NCBI RefSeq assembly: GCF_009914755.1
Contig: NC_060931.1
Direction: 5' to 3' (one strand)
Source of the DNA: the human T2T-CHM13v2.0 reference genome, Homo sapiens
Length of the DNA: 64,000 nt
This document shows, one piece after another, positions 14,974 through 28,254 of this stretch (positions are counted from its first letter, which is position 1; every line of letters begins with the position of its first letter). The notes under the pieces were generated by a model. The model was not told the DNA's origin. It did no database searches and saw nothing but the letters and a program-made list of their open reading frames with translations. The position numbers were made by a program, and so were the translations under genes.

Positions 14974-15443
14974 TGAGTAGTTCGACTCACAACTCTCTAA
15001 CAATCACCCGAGTCTTTTTCCTGGAGACAACATGTATTCATATGCATCAGAAGTACTTATGCATATTCCCTATTGTATTACACAGAATCTTTTTTAAAAG
15101 TGTGCTCAATGACAGTGATTGAATTAAATCGATCATTTGTAAGTGCTTCCTCAAGGACATTCTTTACTGAAACTGGCATTTTGTTTTGCTTTGTTTTATT
15201 GCAAGCACAAAGCTGTGAAGAATGTTATGAATCTTGGCTCTACCTCATGTCACTGTCTTGATTCATGCTAAGAAACCAGCAGTTCTACCCACCATTGCTT
15301 TTGTACCATCCGTGCAAATGCAAAACAGTGAAAAGGCAAATAGCATTTTAGTGTTATTATGAAAACAGCTTTGGTTTCCTAGACTCCCTGAGAGGGCCTC
15401 AGGAATCTTCAGGTGTCTGCAGAACACACTTAAAGAACTGCTG

Positions 15444-15660
15444 CACTAGGGTAAATAGGGGAAAGGATAAGGTACAGGGCAAATCTTTCTTTTTTAAGAA
15501 AGTGACCACAAATGTAAACTCTCACATTCCTTTAGCGAGAGCCTAGTAAAATGGCCTCAATTGGCTTCAGGACAAACTGGGAAAGGTACTCTGAAGAGGC
15601 AGCCATATTACATGGATGAGAGAAAGAACAGATTTGGGGATATAATCAGCAGTCTGCCAT
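15444..15660 (-). mobile_element. Old MLT1 LTR, continuation after Charlie1
   Basis: ctctcacattcctttagcgagagcctagtaaaatggcc...aactgggaaa resembles MLT1J/K. Confidence 0.5.
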
Positions 15661-17394
15661 GCCCACCCAGTTAAACAACGAGCAGGTCAAGTGTCAGGAT
15701 AGTCAAGGACCTCTAGACAATGGAGGACATAGGAAGCTGCGCTTTGTGCCTGGTACCAGGGTGTAATGCTGGTCAGGGAGAGCTAAGACATCATGAAACA
15801 GGATCAGAGGAGTAGCTATATCCATTCCTATGGGAGCCAGCAGAGTGGAGTACCAGGAAGAGTGTCCTCAAAATGAGTCTCAAGCACTGCAGCCAGGAGA
15901 CGATCACTGGAAAAATGTAGAACGGGGGCCACAGAGAGAACAGTGGGACCCTCGAGGCAGAAAAAAAAGGACAGGTCATTTGTGGGCTTCAGTGAGCATG
16001 TTATAGGGCACCCAGTGACCCCTTCAACTAGAAAGAATTTTGGATTGCAGCAATATCACTAATTGGGCTGAGCTAGAAATCAGCTGCTCTGTGACTATTA
16101 CCGTGATCTTACTGTGTCCTAGGCAGAAGAGCTGGAGTAAATCTGGGTTTATTGTGTTTTTCTAGCTCTACTTCTTCGAAACATATTACTATTGAAGAGT
16201 TGAGTTCCCATACTTTATTTGTATTCCCTTTTCGATTAGCAACAAGAACAGAAGAACCAATTTTGCAGAAAGTTGCCATTCTGCAGAAAATTGATGTGAA
16301 CTTAGCAGACAAAGGTAAAGAAAATAGAAGTAAAGGTAACTCTGGTCACGGAGAACAAATTCCCGATCACAGCAAGCATACTGAAAGCCGAGGCTAAACC
16401 AACCTTGCAAATCTAGATAAACAGTAAATCTGGGACCAAAGGGCTTTTAACTGCTGAACTTTATCTGATATGCCAGCAAATGTACACAGAAACTGAAAGA
16501 AAAGGCTGGAAGGCATTCATTTTGAGATCAGACCTAGATCAACTGAGCGGTCATAGGTCCTCGGGCTTCATTCTATCAGCAGCAAACAGAAAGCCTATAG
16601 TTACCTGGGAAAAGGAGCTTGTGACAAAATAATTGTCCAGAGGTCATGCTCATTCACAATTTTTCCTGTTTTTCCTGGAGGAGCTAGCACTCTCTTGCCC
16701 TCCAAGGGAAAGCAGCTTATGACATATTATTTTGGTATATTAGCTTAGATAAAAGAACATACAGACAATAAAATAATAGAAATGAATGACATATCAGAAC
16801 CAAGGAAATGAGAAGGAAACTTATATGCCAGCTTCCAGGGTTAATGCATTCCCTGTAAATGGGCACAATTTTGAGTCCAAGTCTTTTGGCAGTTGGGGCA
16901 AAAAGGTAAACATAATTATTTACATAACTCCCATTATAAGAAAGGAGGGAGCAAATTTTTGTTGCCACTACACTCTCAAATAATTTTTCAAATAAAATCC
17001 TTTAATGGGAATCATTGAGCTACATATTGAGGAGAATGTTCATTCTCCTAATACCAGTGCTGCGGTCAGTGCAAATCAATGCTCATTTAACCCTAAGCCT
17101 ATGGCTTATGTTACTGACCTTTGTGCAGATTTTTCAAGAACCCACAAGAGCGTAACAAATTCCATATAGAATGAACTAATTGTGGCTTTGGAATTATTCC
17201 AATTGACCTGATATAAATCTGACCTGGCAATACTTGACAATGGTGTAGGGAAACCCATGCTACCTTGGCGTCTGGTTGGAAAATACTGTCCCCAAGTAAA
17301 TTAAAAGGTCTAGTCTTGTCACCAAAGTTCTGGGCCAACACCACCAGCTTCTACGACAACTATTGATTTTAAATTCTGTAGCCTTGTCATAAAG

Positions 17395-17830
17395 TCCTGA
17401 CTCTGCCAGCATTCACTGTGAAATCTGGAGCGTGTCACTTAAACTCTTGGCATGGCAATGCCCTCATTTCAAAAACAAATAATGAGATAGCTACCATCTT
17501 TTGAGACCCTACTCTGTACTAGTCACTAGTTAATATCTGCTTTCCCAGCTGGATTATAAATTCAGTGAGGGCAAGGAGAGTATTTCTTTTGCCCACCATT
17601 GAATTCCCAACAACTAACATGGGTTCAGCATAGAAGATGGTTCATATTTCTTCCTTTCTGTTTTAACTAACCAAAGGTCCACTGTCTTAACAACCCTGAA
17701 AGTAACCATTATTTCTATTTTTCAGCTGAAGAAATTGAGGTTCAGAAAGTTTAAGTGACTTTCAAGGGGTCACACAACTGGTAAATAGAGTGGCCTGGAT
17801 TTAGGCCTAATCTGTATAGCCCCAGAGCCT
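17395..17830. mobile_element. MIR and L2 fragments
   Basis: gtcacttaaactc; ggattataaattcagtgagggcaagg (L2 3' end); gaagaaattgaggttcagaaagtttaagtgactttcaaggggtcacac (MIR core). Confidence 0.65.
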
Positions 17831-18779
17831 AGACTAGTTCCACAAGGGTGCAGAAATGGAAACAGACTGGAGCATGTCCCAAGACTCCTCCTGGTTCTGA
17901 AATGCAATGATCCCCACGATTGATGGGAAGCCAATCTCCCTGTTTTGTGAGGCTCCTCAACAAATTTTCATCACTTTATGACCCAGAGACATGGCCACAG
18001 CAAATTTTGGCCTCTGCCAGAGTGGCAGGGCTCCACTGAGGCAGGTGAAAACCAAAACATGTCACTCTGGGAGGGTCTCCACTTATTTAGGAGGCCTCTG
18101 TTTATTCAGGTGGACATTGCCCACTTCCTATTGCTACCTTAGGGGACCTAAGTACCACATCCCAAGTTCAAAGACCTAGCAAGGATGAGCATCACTCTGA
18201 AGCTAATTGCTCGAGTTTTAGAGAGCTGTATAGTTAACATCTGTTGATAAAGCAGTCGCTAGATGTGTGGGGCATGGCACTGTGTGCTAGCTCATGGTCA
18301 TTTCATTTTGAAATTCAAAGTAGAAGGAAATATTCAGCTTAGCTTTAACACCTAGTTTTGAGTGTATTCTTAAACAACTCCTTCAGTCCACATGTTATTT
18401 ATGACAGATAAAATCCTTCAGTGGCTTCTTAAAAATATTTTTGCTATTTGCTGAGGATTAGCATAAAGGTATAAAACCTCTTACAAAGTGCTAATAGGAA
18501 CAAGACACATGTTTTACTTTATTCTTAGCAAGCAAAAGTCAACAACTGTCTACTCATCAAACGCAGCTGATTCATCATTTCACCCTCTACCATCTACACT
18601 ACATACTCTTTTTTGTTCTTGCAACCAGCATATTGTGCTTGTAATGAAACAAAATAGACAAGGAAATAAGCAGATTTTTAAAATAAGTTGCATGACAGAC
18701 AGTAAAGGGAGGTATCATTTGTTAAAGCTTTTGTTTCACCATATGAACATGAATATAGCGTTTCTTATATTTTTATGTA

Positions 18780-19144
18780 TTTGTTTTTACTTTTATTTTA
18801 GGTTTGGGGGTACATGTCCAGGTTTGTTATTAGATAAATTCATGTCATGGGAATTTGTTGTACAGATTATTTTGTCACCCAGGTACTGAGCCTGCTACCC
18901 GATAGTTATTTTTTCTGCTCCTCTCCCTCCTCCCACCCTTCAATCTCAAAGAGGCCCCAGTATCTGTTGTTCCCTTCTTTGTGTTCATGAGTTCTCATTA
19001 TTTAGCTCCCTCAGTGAGAACATGTGGTATTTGGTTTTCTATTCCTGCGTTATTTTGCTAAGGATAATGGCCTCCAGCTCCATCCATGTTCCTACAAAAG
19101 ACATTATCTTGTTCTTTTTTATGGCTACATAGTATTCCACGTAC
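18780..19144 (-). mobile_element. L1PA (PA13-16-like) 3' end fragment
   Basis: ggggtacatgtccaggtttgtta...gtcacccaggtactgagc...gataatggcctccagctccatccatgtt. Confidence 0.9.
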
Positions 19145-19459
19145 ACTGCTTACTCTCTACCTGTAGACTGGAATCTAGGAAATTAGGAGACGTTCAGGAC
19201 CTCAGAGACTAAAGCCAATATCAGGGTTCCTTATTTCTCTTGAGACTCTCTTTCTGGCGGGAGATTCTTTATTGTCCTCATTACATTTCTGGACTATGAA
19301 AAATAGTTTCAGCACCTAAATTCAAATCCCTGATGTTCTGAGCCCCTCCTATTATGGCTTTGTTGTAGGTTATATCTCACCTCTTCATCCTACAAATTTC
19401 TATTTCTTTCACCTCAAAACCCAGGTTTCATTCTATAGACAGAAGTAACGTATCCTTCC

Positions 19460-19711
19460 AAAGGCATGGTATGGTGACTGTAGTTAACAACAATGTGTTA
19501 TATACCAGGAATTTGCTAAAAGAGAAGATTTCAAATACTCTTGCCACACACGCAAAAAGGAAAAGTAACTATTTGAGGAGATGCATACATCACTGAGCTT
19601 CATTGTAGCAGTGATTTTTATATACATGTATGTCACAAACATCAGGTCATATACCTTGAATATATATAATATTTATTTGTCACTTATACCTCAATAAAGT
19701 TAAAAGAACAA
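19460..19711 (+). mobile_element. L1MA/MB 3' end fragment
   Basis: ggtgactgtagttaacaacaatg...tatacctcaataaagtt; TSD aagtaacgtatcctt / aagtaatgtatcctt. Confidence 0.85.
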
Positions 19712-20169
19712 AAGTAATGTATCCTTAAAATTCAAAACCAAGGTGATTGTGTTTTATCTGTGTAGTTGATATAGGTCAAAAGAACATGGGCTCCGCTCTC
19801 ACCCAAATTAAGTAGCCCTGAGCCATGGCAGTGAAGTTAAGAATGGGGAGGGACTAGAAAGGGTCTTACCCTTGCCATGAGCCTCTGCCTTCTCCTACCA
19901 CCCACTCTTCTCTTGGCCACCAGATACCCACATGGAGCTGGAACTGAGAGACTGGGGCAGGGGGAACCCGAAGTGGCCTCTATTGCTCTGCACGGACACA
20001 CGGCATTGATCCAACATTGGACAGAAAGGAAATGGGAAAGAAAGAATAGTGGAGAAAAGTAGAAAAGAGAGCAATACATTGAAAGGCAAAGGCAACAAGG
20101 GAGTGGAAGAGAGAGATAGACACAGAGTGAGGTAGGAAACCTCAGACCAACCAGCACCAACCTGTCAAT

Positions 20170-20480
20170 ACTAACAGTAACATTTACTAAACATTTACTA
20201 CATGCTAGTACTTTGCCGAATGTGTTACATGCATTAACATTCCTTTATTCATTCACAAATATTTAACTGACAAAATCCCTGCCCTCCTGAAGCTAACACC
20301 CAATCAGGCAGTCAGATAAATTGGTAAAATATATAATATTTAGAAGATAAGTGCTAACAATAAAAATGAAACAGGGAAGAGGGATAGTGCGTGTCAGAGT
20401 GGGAGAAAAGGGAAGTGGCCACTTTAGCTAGGGTGTCCAAAGAAGGCCTTATTGAGGAGGTGACATTTGAGAAAGACAGC
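20170..20480 (-). mobile_element. MIR/L2 fragments
   Basis: aacatttactaaacatttactacatgctag; ccctgccctcctgaagctaaca; gaaggccttattgaggaggtgacatttgag. Confidence 0.6.
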
Positions 20481-21534
20481 AGCATCAGCTTTGTTCACTC
20501 TTGGGCATTTTTGCCACACTTTGAGACCCTCAAAATGTTTGCTTTGTGTTTGAGCTACTTGTGCTTGTTTGGGTTTTTTTCTCTTATTATATTTTATCTA
20601 TCATTTCCATGTGTTGAAAGCAGAAGGGATTATCAAGGTGTAAAATCTCTACATCAACTTGGCTAGTGTGGTCATTTCTTTGTATCAACGGTGAAAGGAC
20701 TAAAGTCTTACTCAAGAAGAGCAAATCTTTTTTAAGTTTGGACATCTTGTCTTAAGAAAGAAGAACCAGTGTGTCTATAGTATTAGTCTATATTAGTATT
20801 AGTATTACAGTATTAGTCTATATTTCATCCTGCTGATGTTATACAATTCAATATAGACAGCGTCAAAGCATGATTGGAAAAGCAGAAGACACATCATGAG
20901 ACAGTTAACCTCATTTCATTATATTATTAAAAATCATTTGAATCATCTTACTTGCACTTGGAATTCTAGTCCAATATTAGGACGACCTTGCATAAAATTG
21001 AGGGCTGCTATCTATTTGTATAGTTTGTGCCGTTTTGCAAAACTCAGAGACATTGTAGTAAAGTACTTGCCAATGTCACATCAGTGGGTTGTACCTGGGA
21101 AATCTGTGAGTATAGACTGGGAAAAAGAGTTAAAGCTGATGAGCTGATGTGTGGATTGATTTCATTACAGCCTCAGGAGGCTAAAGAGAGCAAATTGAAG
21201 AGAGAAGGCTTGAGACCCTTGAGAACACTGGAAAAAACATGGTATGCTAACACCAAGACTGAGGGCCTGAAACAGAACAAATATCAATTCATGTGTGTGG
21301 GGGTGTAGGAGTGTGCATCTTGACAAAATAATCCCTAAAATGAAATTTTACAGTTAAAAGTACACTTGAAGTGGTAAGTAAAAGAGCTGATAGAGCAATA
21401 ACTTGACACTCAGCAAGGAACTGCTGCTGGAGGAAACTCTAAGTTGCCTGCCTTCCCATTGGTCAAAAGCATCAGAAGTGAGCTGAGCCCACATGAGCTA
21501 TTTGATGAAAAGACAGAAGGGGCAAAGCAGGACT

Positions 21535-21732
21535 CTTCAGGAGCCAGCTCCTGAGATCTCATTATGCACATTTTCAAACCAGCATCCAGTGGTGTCAGGT
21601 TGGTAGCTTGAAATAGGTGATGGAGGAGTATTTACACTATGGAAATCAGCAAATGCTACCAATCAGGCCAAGGCATTGGGTTTGTTTTTGTTTGTTTTTC
21701 CATGATTGTTAAGTATTTCCCAGCACACCATG
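21535..21732 (+). mobile_element. MER63-like hAT MITE
   Basis: cagtggtgtcaggttggtagcttgaaataggtgatggaggagtatttacactatggaaatcagcaaatgctaccaatcagg ... ccagcacacca terminus. Confidence 0.75.
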
Positions 21733-22734
21733 AGGTAAGGGAGGGGCTGTTCTGGATAAATCAAATGTTCTTTGTCATGACTCAGAAGCAAGAATGAGAG
21801 AAATAATTCCAGAATGCATGAAAATATACAAAAGATATGAGATAAATATCCTGATGATAAGGTTACTCTAGGGAATTGAGTGCCACATTCATTTAAGGCA
21901 AGAGCATTCCATTTCAGGACAGTAGATTCTAAAAATCTATTAAACCCAGGATTATCTTAACTTCATTAAAGAAAACAAGGAGCCATAAAGCCTGTGATCC
22001 ACATAGGATAAGGATTCTAGGTAGCTATTTTAAGAGCTCTTGGAAAGCCAAAACAAATGATTGGCTTCCTCCAAAACTTATTTCATAAAGTCAAGGCCAA
22101 CTTTCTATTTTAAATTTATTTTGTTAATGCCCTTTAATCCCTAAAGGTAGGAGAAGAGGAAAAATGTACATATGAACTCAGGTTCATTCCATAGCTTTAG
22201 CCATATAGCTATCACTGTCTAGATTGCCAATAAAACCCACAAACATTTCCTAATTATCCTAATTATTCTCTCTAATCAAAGATCAAAGCTGTCATCAAGA
22301 CTGAAGGACTTAAACTGAGTGGGGTGGAGCAACAGTACAAAGAACCACAAGCAAACAAATGTCTGTCATAAAATCTCCATGTTCCTTGCTTAAAAATCTG
22401 CAAGCTGATTGAACTCATGTCAAGTCCTGAGGATATATTATATTTGACATCACTCACTACAGAAATTGTAAACTTTCTAATAAATAACATAGAGCAGGAT
22501 GGGACATTTAGTTTATTTACCTTCATTTATGCAGAACCCAAAAGTATTGCCTGTGTTTTTCCATGCTCCTTCAGCAAAACTTTTCTTGTGAATTCTTGTA
22601 ACAGGAAAGCAACAAACAAATACCAAGTAGGGAATAATTATAGTTATTTCTTAAAATGGAGATTTCATTTGTGATATCTGCATTCTTTCTATAGATGCAG
22701 ATTTCTTTGAGTTTTAGATGGTCAAACCCCTTGT

Positions 22735-22995
22735 TATGATATAGCATGATGGTTAAAAATAAAGTCTTTGGAGACAGCCAAATCTGTTTTTTTTTTTCTC
22801 TTAATCTGCTACTTGCTAGCTAGCATTGTGGCTTTGGACAAGCTACTTAGCAGAGATTTTTTTTTCATTTGTATAAATGAGGTTAATAATGCCTAACCCT
22901 CATAGTTACAGTAAAGATTAGATAGGAGACTGTATGTTAAGTGCCTCACATGGGGCCTGACTCAGAATGAACCCCCCAAAAATGTTAGTTATTAC
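22735..22995 (+). mobile_element. MIR
   Basis: tagcatgatggttaaaaat...gtggctttggacaagctacttag...cctaaccctcatagtt...aatgttagttatta. Confidence 0.7.
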
Positions 22996-23149
22996 AGCTC
23001 TCTTAGTCAGTCTCCTCATAACTGAGTCACTAGATTAACTGATGCGTGCTGATGTCTGTGGAATACTGAGCACTTACAGCTACTACATTCATCTCCAGTA
23101 CGCTTGCACACTTCTGCTCCTAACTGGTGTTTATTCTCAAAACTGCAAA

Positions 23150-23400
23150 TTCCAATCAGACTTATTGTTTTAATTATGTACAATCGATTAAATTTTATGT
23201 AAACCCATAAAATATGAGTAGAAAAAGACCATTTCTATAAAAACTAAAATGCGTGAATGTAAGTGAATCCTTGGAAAGATTCGTAAACACGGACGACTAG
23301 AAAAACAATACTGCTAATATATAAAGTATGGATGAGTTGACTAAAAATAACTGAGGAATTTCTTAACCCTTTAAGGATATATCTAGAAGACTACTTCAGA
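23150..23400 (+). mobile_element. TcMar-Tigger-like fragment (decayed N-terminal transposase region)
   Basis: atgagtagaaaaaga...tttctataaaaactaaa...ttggaaagattcgtaaac resembles Tigger MS.KR..S.KTK..LER.DK. Confidence 0.45.
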
Positions 23401-23455
23401 AGCATCATTAAATTATCCCTCCACTTAAAAATGGATGACTGGAAATAGGAGAGGA

Positions 23456-23460
<5 letters not shown>

Positions 23461-23524
<64 letters not shown>
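23461..23524 (+). repeat. (TG)27 microsatellite plus TATG variants
   Basis: Pure TG 23461-23514 followed by tatgtgtatg. Confidence 0.98.
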
Positions 23525-23525
<1 letters not shown>

Positions 23526-26500
23526 TTTGAATCAATGAATAAGGTAAAGGATTGGATTAATGCTTTGGGGGCAGGGGAGAGCAATGAACAAAGTGAAAGG
23601 ATTTGGTGTGACTCTCTTCCATGTCCTAGTTCTATGTCATTAGGCAAATTATATAGCCTCAGCCCTAAAATGTGGGTATAGAAAAAGCCCTAAAGGCATG
23701 GATTTGAATCAGAATCTTTTAAGGTGCTTTCTAACTCAAGGATTCTTATTTATCACAGTTTTCATAGGAAGTAATGATCCATGACAAAGCCACAGCATTG
23801 ACCTAAACCAACAAATGCACCACAGGAAAAACCTGGCTTCCTTGTCTCGCTAGTTTCATATTATGATGGCAAATTCACAGAGTTTATAGAGATTTAGAAT
23901 TTTCATTCTGGTCGAATTTACTTAAATGTATGTAGATGTAGCTGGTGTTCAGCAATGGCATTTATAATCCCAATGTAAGCCAACAAGTCCCAGATTCTGT
24001 AGCAATGCTTGGCAGATTTCATCTTTTTTGTGTTATCAATACATTCAAATCTTTTGAAAATCACTCTAAGGATTATCTGCAAGGGCCTACCTCTTTCTGT
24101 CTTTGCCTCACTATATAAGCAACAGAAAGAAGAGATGTTTTTTAAAATGTTAGATTATTGCCATTTGGTGGAGATTATCATCTGAGCCCATTAACCAGAG
24201 CCTTAAGGCACTGGGCAACCTGCCAACAAAATGAGATGAGCTGCATTAAGATCAATTTGTTAATTTTTAATGAGGCTTCAAAATGCCCTAGTAAATTACT
24301 TAATCATTTTAAGAATGCATTGCTGCTTCTTCACTATTCCTCCTTTCTGTACATAAAAAACTAATTTATTTTTAATCATTTCCATTCCTCCTTTCATCCC
24401 CCTAAAGGCTACAATAATTTTCTATTACTACAACTAACTAAAGCAGCCCATAAAACTGAAGACCAAATATAATGAAAGTGGATTAAATAGCATGACAAGA
24501 TTTTCAAAGCAATCCGATTCTTTGACTCCATAAAAAACATTTCACAGTTTTAACATAAGGAGTTAACATATTATGGGTCTTTCTTTTTGGAAGCAATGGT
24601 TTAAGTTGTGCAGGATGTTGCACACCACCATGCTTCCAATGAGTTAGATTATATATAAGACTTCATTTCAATTGATCATTTTTAAAATTAACTAAAATTT
24701 GTGTGGAACATAACAAAAAAAAGAGGGAAAGGGTTTAAAAGTGAACCATTAACAAAGTAATCTAAATCCATCAGGACACAGGTCTTAGGATATTTTGTTC
24801 ACTGGGTATCCCCATGACTGCATAGTGCTAGGCACATATGAGGTGCTCAGTAAATACATATTTTTAAATAACGTTTTAAAGGAGATTCTTTTTTTCCCCT
24901 GTGCTTGAGAAACAGTTCAGAAAGTATAATGGATATGCTTTCAATGGATAGGTTGAAGACACTATCAAACCTGTAACTACTGGAAATGAAACCATGACTT
25001 TTGTGGAATACAAGGCAAGGGTAGGTTGCATAGCCAATTAGAGTAGACATAACCCACAGACAAGAGTAAGTCCTGTTCCAGTTCACAGAAACACCTCTCT
25101 CTCTCCAACCAGAGCAACATGCATTCCTGCTAGCGAGGTCTGCAAATTAAAAGTGAGATGAAGCATTTTCATTGGCTACTGAGTATTAAATATCTGGCAA
25201 ATAGAATATCTCTCTAACATAACTCAAAATTATTAAAAATCACATCTTCTACTAATTCTACAGGAAGAAGTTAAGATTTACAAAAGTCTTCCAACCACAA
25301 AAAGCCACTTTAAGGAACCACGTGGGGCACATGACAATAACAATCGCAAGTCCTCCCTGCTAGGATGTTAGCTCACAAGGGCAGAGGTCTGCACCTCTCT
25401 GCTCACCTGTTTCCATAACACCTAGGAGTGACAGAACAAGCACTGGAATTTTAATCAGTAGAACTGGATTCAAATCTAAGCTCTACCAGTTTCCCCCTAT
25501 TTATAAAAATAATAATAATAATCCGTTCTTCGCAGGGTGTTCTGATGATTCAGGCTCAGGAATCTGCATTTCATATGAAAAGGTGTAATGACTCTCACAT
25601 GTTGTTTACATAAATAATATTCTGAGAAACACTGTCTCCCCAAACTCCATGTTGTCCAATGAAGAAACTGACACCCAGGTGAGATTAACTGATTTACTAA
25701 AGGACTTTCCATTACTTTGAGGAAGGAAGAAATAGATGTAGAACAAAAAGGGGCATGCAAGTTGTGGAGCAAGCACAAACTGTCTTTTGCCTCCCATGGA
25801 CACTGTAGCCATCTCTTTTAAAATTGATCACTTACTAATCCATACATATAATTATTTTTTAATAAATTTGCATCATCAGAATTGCTGCATCACAGAATAT
25901 TCACTTTTGGATGATTTCAATATATATTTATCAAAATTGTCTTCTACAAGGCCTATAGCAATCTACAATCCCACTAGCAGGGTAAGAGAGAAGGGTAATC
26001 CACTTCAACCTCCCACCAAATAGTGGGTCAGGAGGCGATAGCATGCTATCTGGAGCTCCGGCTAAATTTGCTGGGGTTCTGCAGAGTCTCCAATGGAAGG
26101 TTAATTTTTAGGCACAGCATTTTGTTTTTGACACAGACCTGCGGCTGCATCTTGGGCTTACAATATATTTTGGTCAGTTTGTTGTATCCTTAATCCTTGC
26201 TACTGATTTGGGATAAAACTAGATTATTTCACAAGAACAGTGGTTGCAAATGAGATAAAACCACAAAATCTTACTCTCAGGAGAAGCAAATTGAAAATGG
26301 TTTGGATGATGAGTTTCAGTCAGCTTTACTACATGAGCCAGAACATAACATAAACTCAGAGTAAAAGAAATTAGAAATGGAAAAAAAACCAGTTCCAAAG
26401 ACTAAAAGTGAATAAGCCAAATATCTGAAATTTAACAATTTTTCATATTTATACCCATCACTTGCAATAGATGGAATTGCGTCTGTTCAGTCGGCTTGTG

Positions 26501-26605
26501 TTTTTTTGTTCATTGGTTTTTTATCAATATCCATCACCCAAAATACAGCAACTAAGGAATTTCTGCAATTGCTAAGCATAGAGCTTACATAGACCCATCT
26601 AAATT

Positions 26606-26770
26606 AGTGCTACCAAAACTCTGACGTGTATACAATTTACCTGGAGGCATTATTAAAATGCAAATACTGATTCAGTAGGCCTGGGGTGGGGCCTGACATT
26701 CTGCATTTTTAACAATTCTCCAGGTCATGCTGATGCTGCTGTTTCCTGGGTCATACTTTGAAAAGCAAGA
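26606..26770 (+). mobile_element. MER5A/B (hAT-Charlie MITE)
   Basis: tgattcagtaggcctggggtggggcctgacattctgcatttttaacaattctccaggtcatgctgatgctgc...atactttgaaaagca. Confidence 0.8.
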
Positions 26771-28254
26771 ATCTATACTAAATGTACTGAGGAAATACAG
26801 CAGGACATCAACTGTTTATCCCTAAGCCAATTGTTGTCCACAATAGTATCACAGTACACCAGTATGACCATTTCCACTGAAGAGGAAAGTGATAGAATTA
26901 GAACAAGCACCTGGTCTTGAGAATCACTTGTGTACACCACAACCTATGCTATCAGTGACCCAACCATTAGTTACTTGACAGGGCTATGTTGCCTTAAGAA
27001 CTTGTGAGCAGGTGTGTGGGGCAGAAAAGAAGAAAGTGAAAATAATCACCTCAAGAACTTTTCTGCTATAACTTGAGAAGTGTACTACTTATTTTTTAGC
27101 CCTAGAGCTCCTTCCAGAAGGGGATCTCATCAGGTTGATTAAAAAAGACATATCACCAAAGTTATTAGTCATTTAAGTGGGCGGGGGGACAAGATGATAT
27201 TGTGGAAATTTTAAGCATACCCTTCTATAGATTGACATTTATGTGCAATATATATGACCCCTGGTTTCCCAAGCACCATAGAGAAAGAACAATTTTCTAG
27301 CTAATATAGTTGAGATAAACATGAGCTGAGAAAAACAGTTCTAGAACTATTTCCAATGATTTAAGAAGTAACATGATATTCCCAAAACAAAATTAATTTT
27401 TAAAATAGATATATTTCAATTAGACATTAGAAGAAAAGAGAGTGATACAAAAGCTGCCATAAAAAACAATTTTTAAAAATTATTAATTTAGATATAATTA
27501 TTTACTACCTCCTCAGAAGCATTGAAAATTAACTGGACTATGGAAACACATAAGAAAAGTCAATGCGCAATGACTAAGTGTACTATTTCTACATAGTTCA
27601 CTGAAGGACTGGCTTTGCAAAAGCCACTAAATTTTACCTACATGAGTGACAAAGTTCTATTTCCAATAATCAAAAAATAACTGGCAGCAGTAAATTTTAC
27701 TTGGTAACTTATAATAATCAAATTTAGGAGTATATTTTCTAATATTTTAAGAAGCACACCTTGCCTTATACATGGAAATACGAATTACTATCGTTAAAGT
27801 AATAACCACAGATAGTATGTGTAGCTATCATGTGGTTGTATTTGAGAACAGAGTTTCTTATCCCAAGCTTTAACCTCGGATATAATCCCTTCTCAAATGC
27901 CCTGTTAGGGTTTCTTTCTGAGCCTCTTGCACATTCTTTGGATTTATTTAATGATGGATTCCTTTGAGAATGGCTTGTATTTTTAAAAATAGCCAAAAGC
28001 CATTTGAAAACAAGGATAATGGACAAGGAAGGACAATAAATACTGTTTGAGGGAAACAGAAGTAAATAACTGGGATTGATTTTCTTTTGTAGCCAGTGAG
28101 TGCATTCTGAGGCCATTCAGAAGTTAGAGCTCCAAAAATATTTTGAGCCGCAAAAGTGTTATTTGAATAGCATTGTGATGACTTGGAAGACTAATACATA
28201 TTTAAAGATTATTTTGTTGAAAAATTGATTCATTGCTCTTAATCCAGTGTCAAC

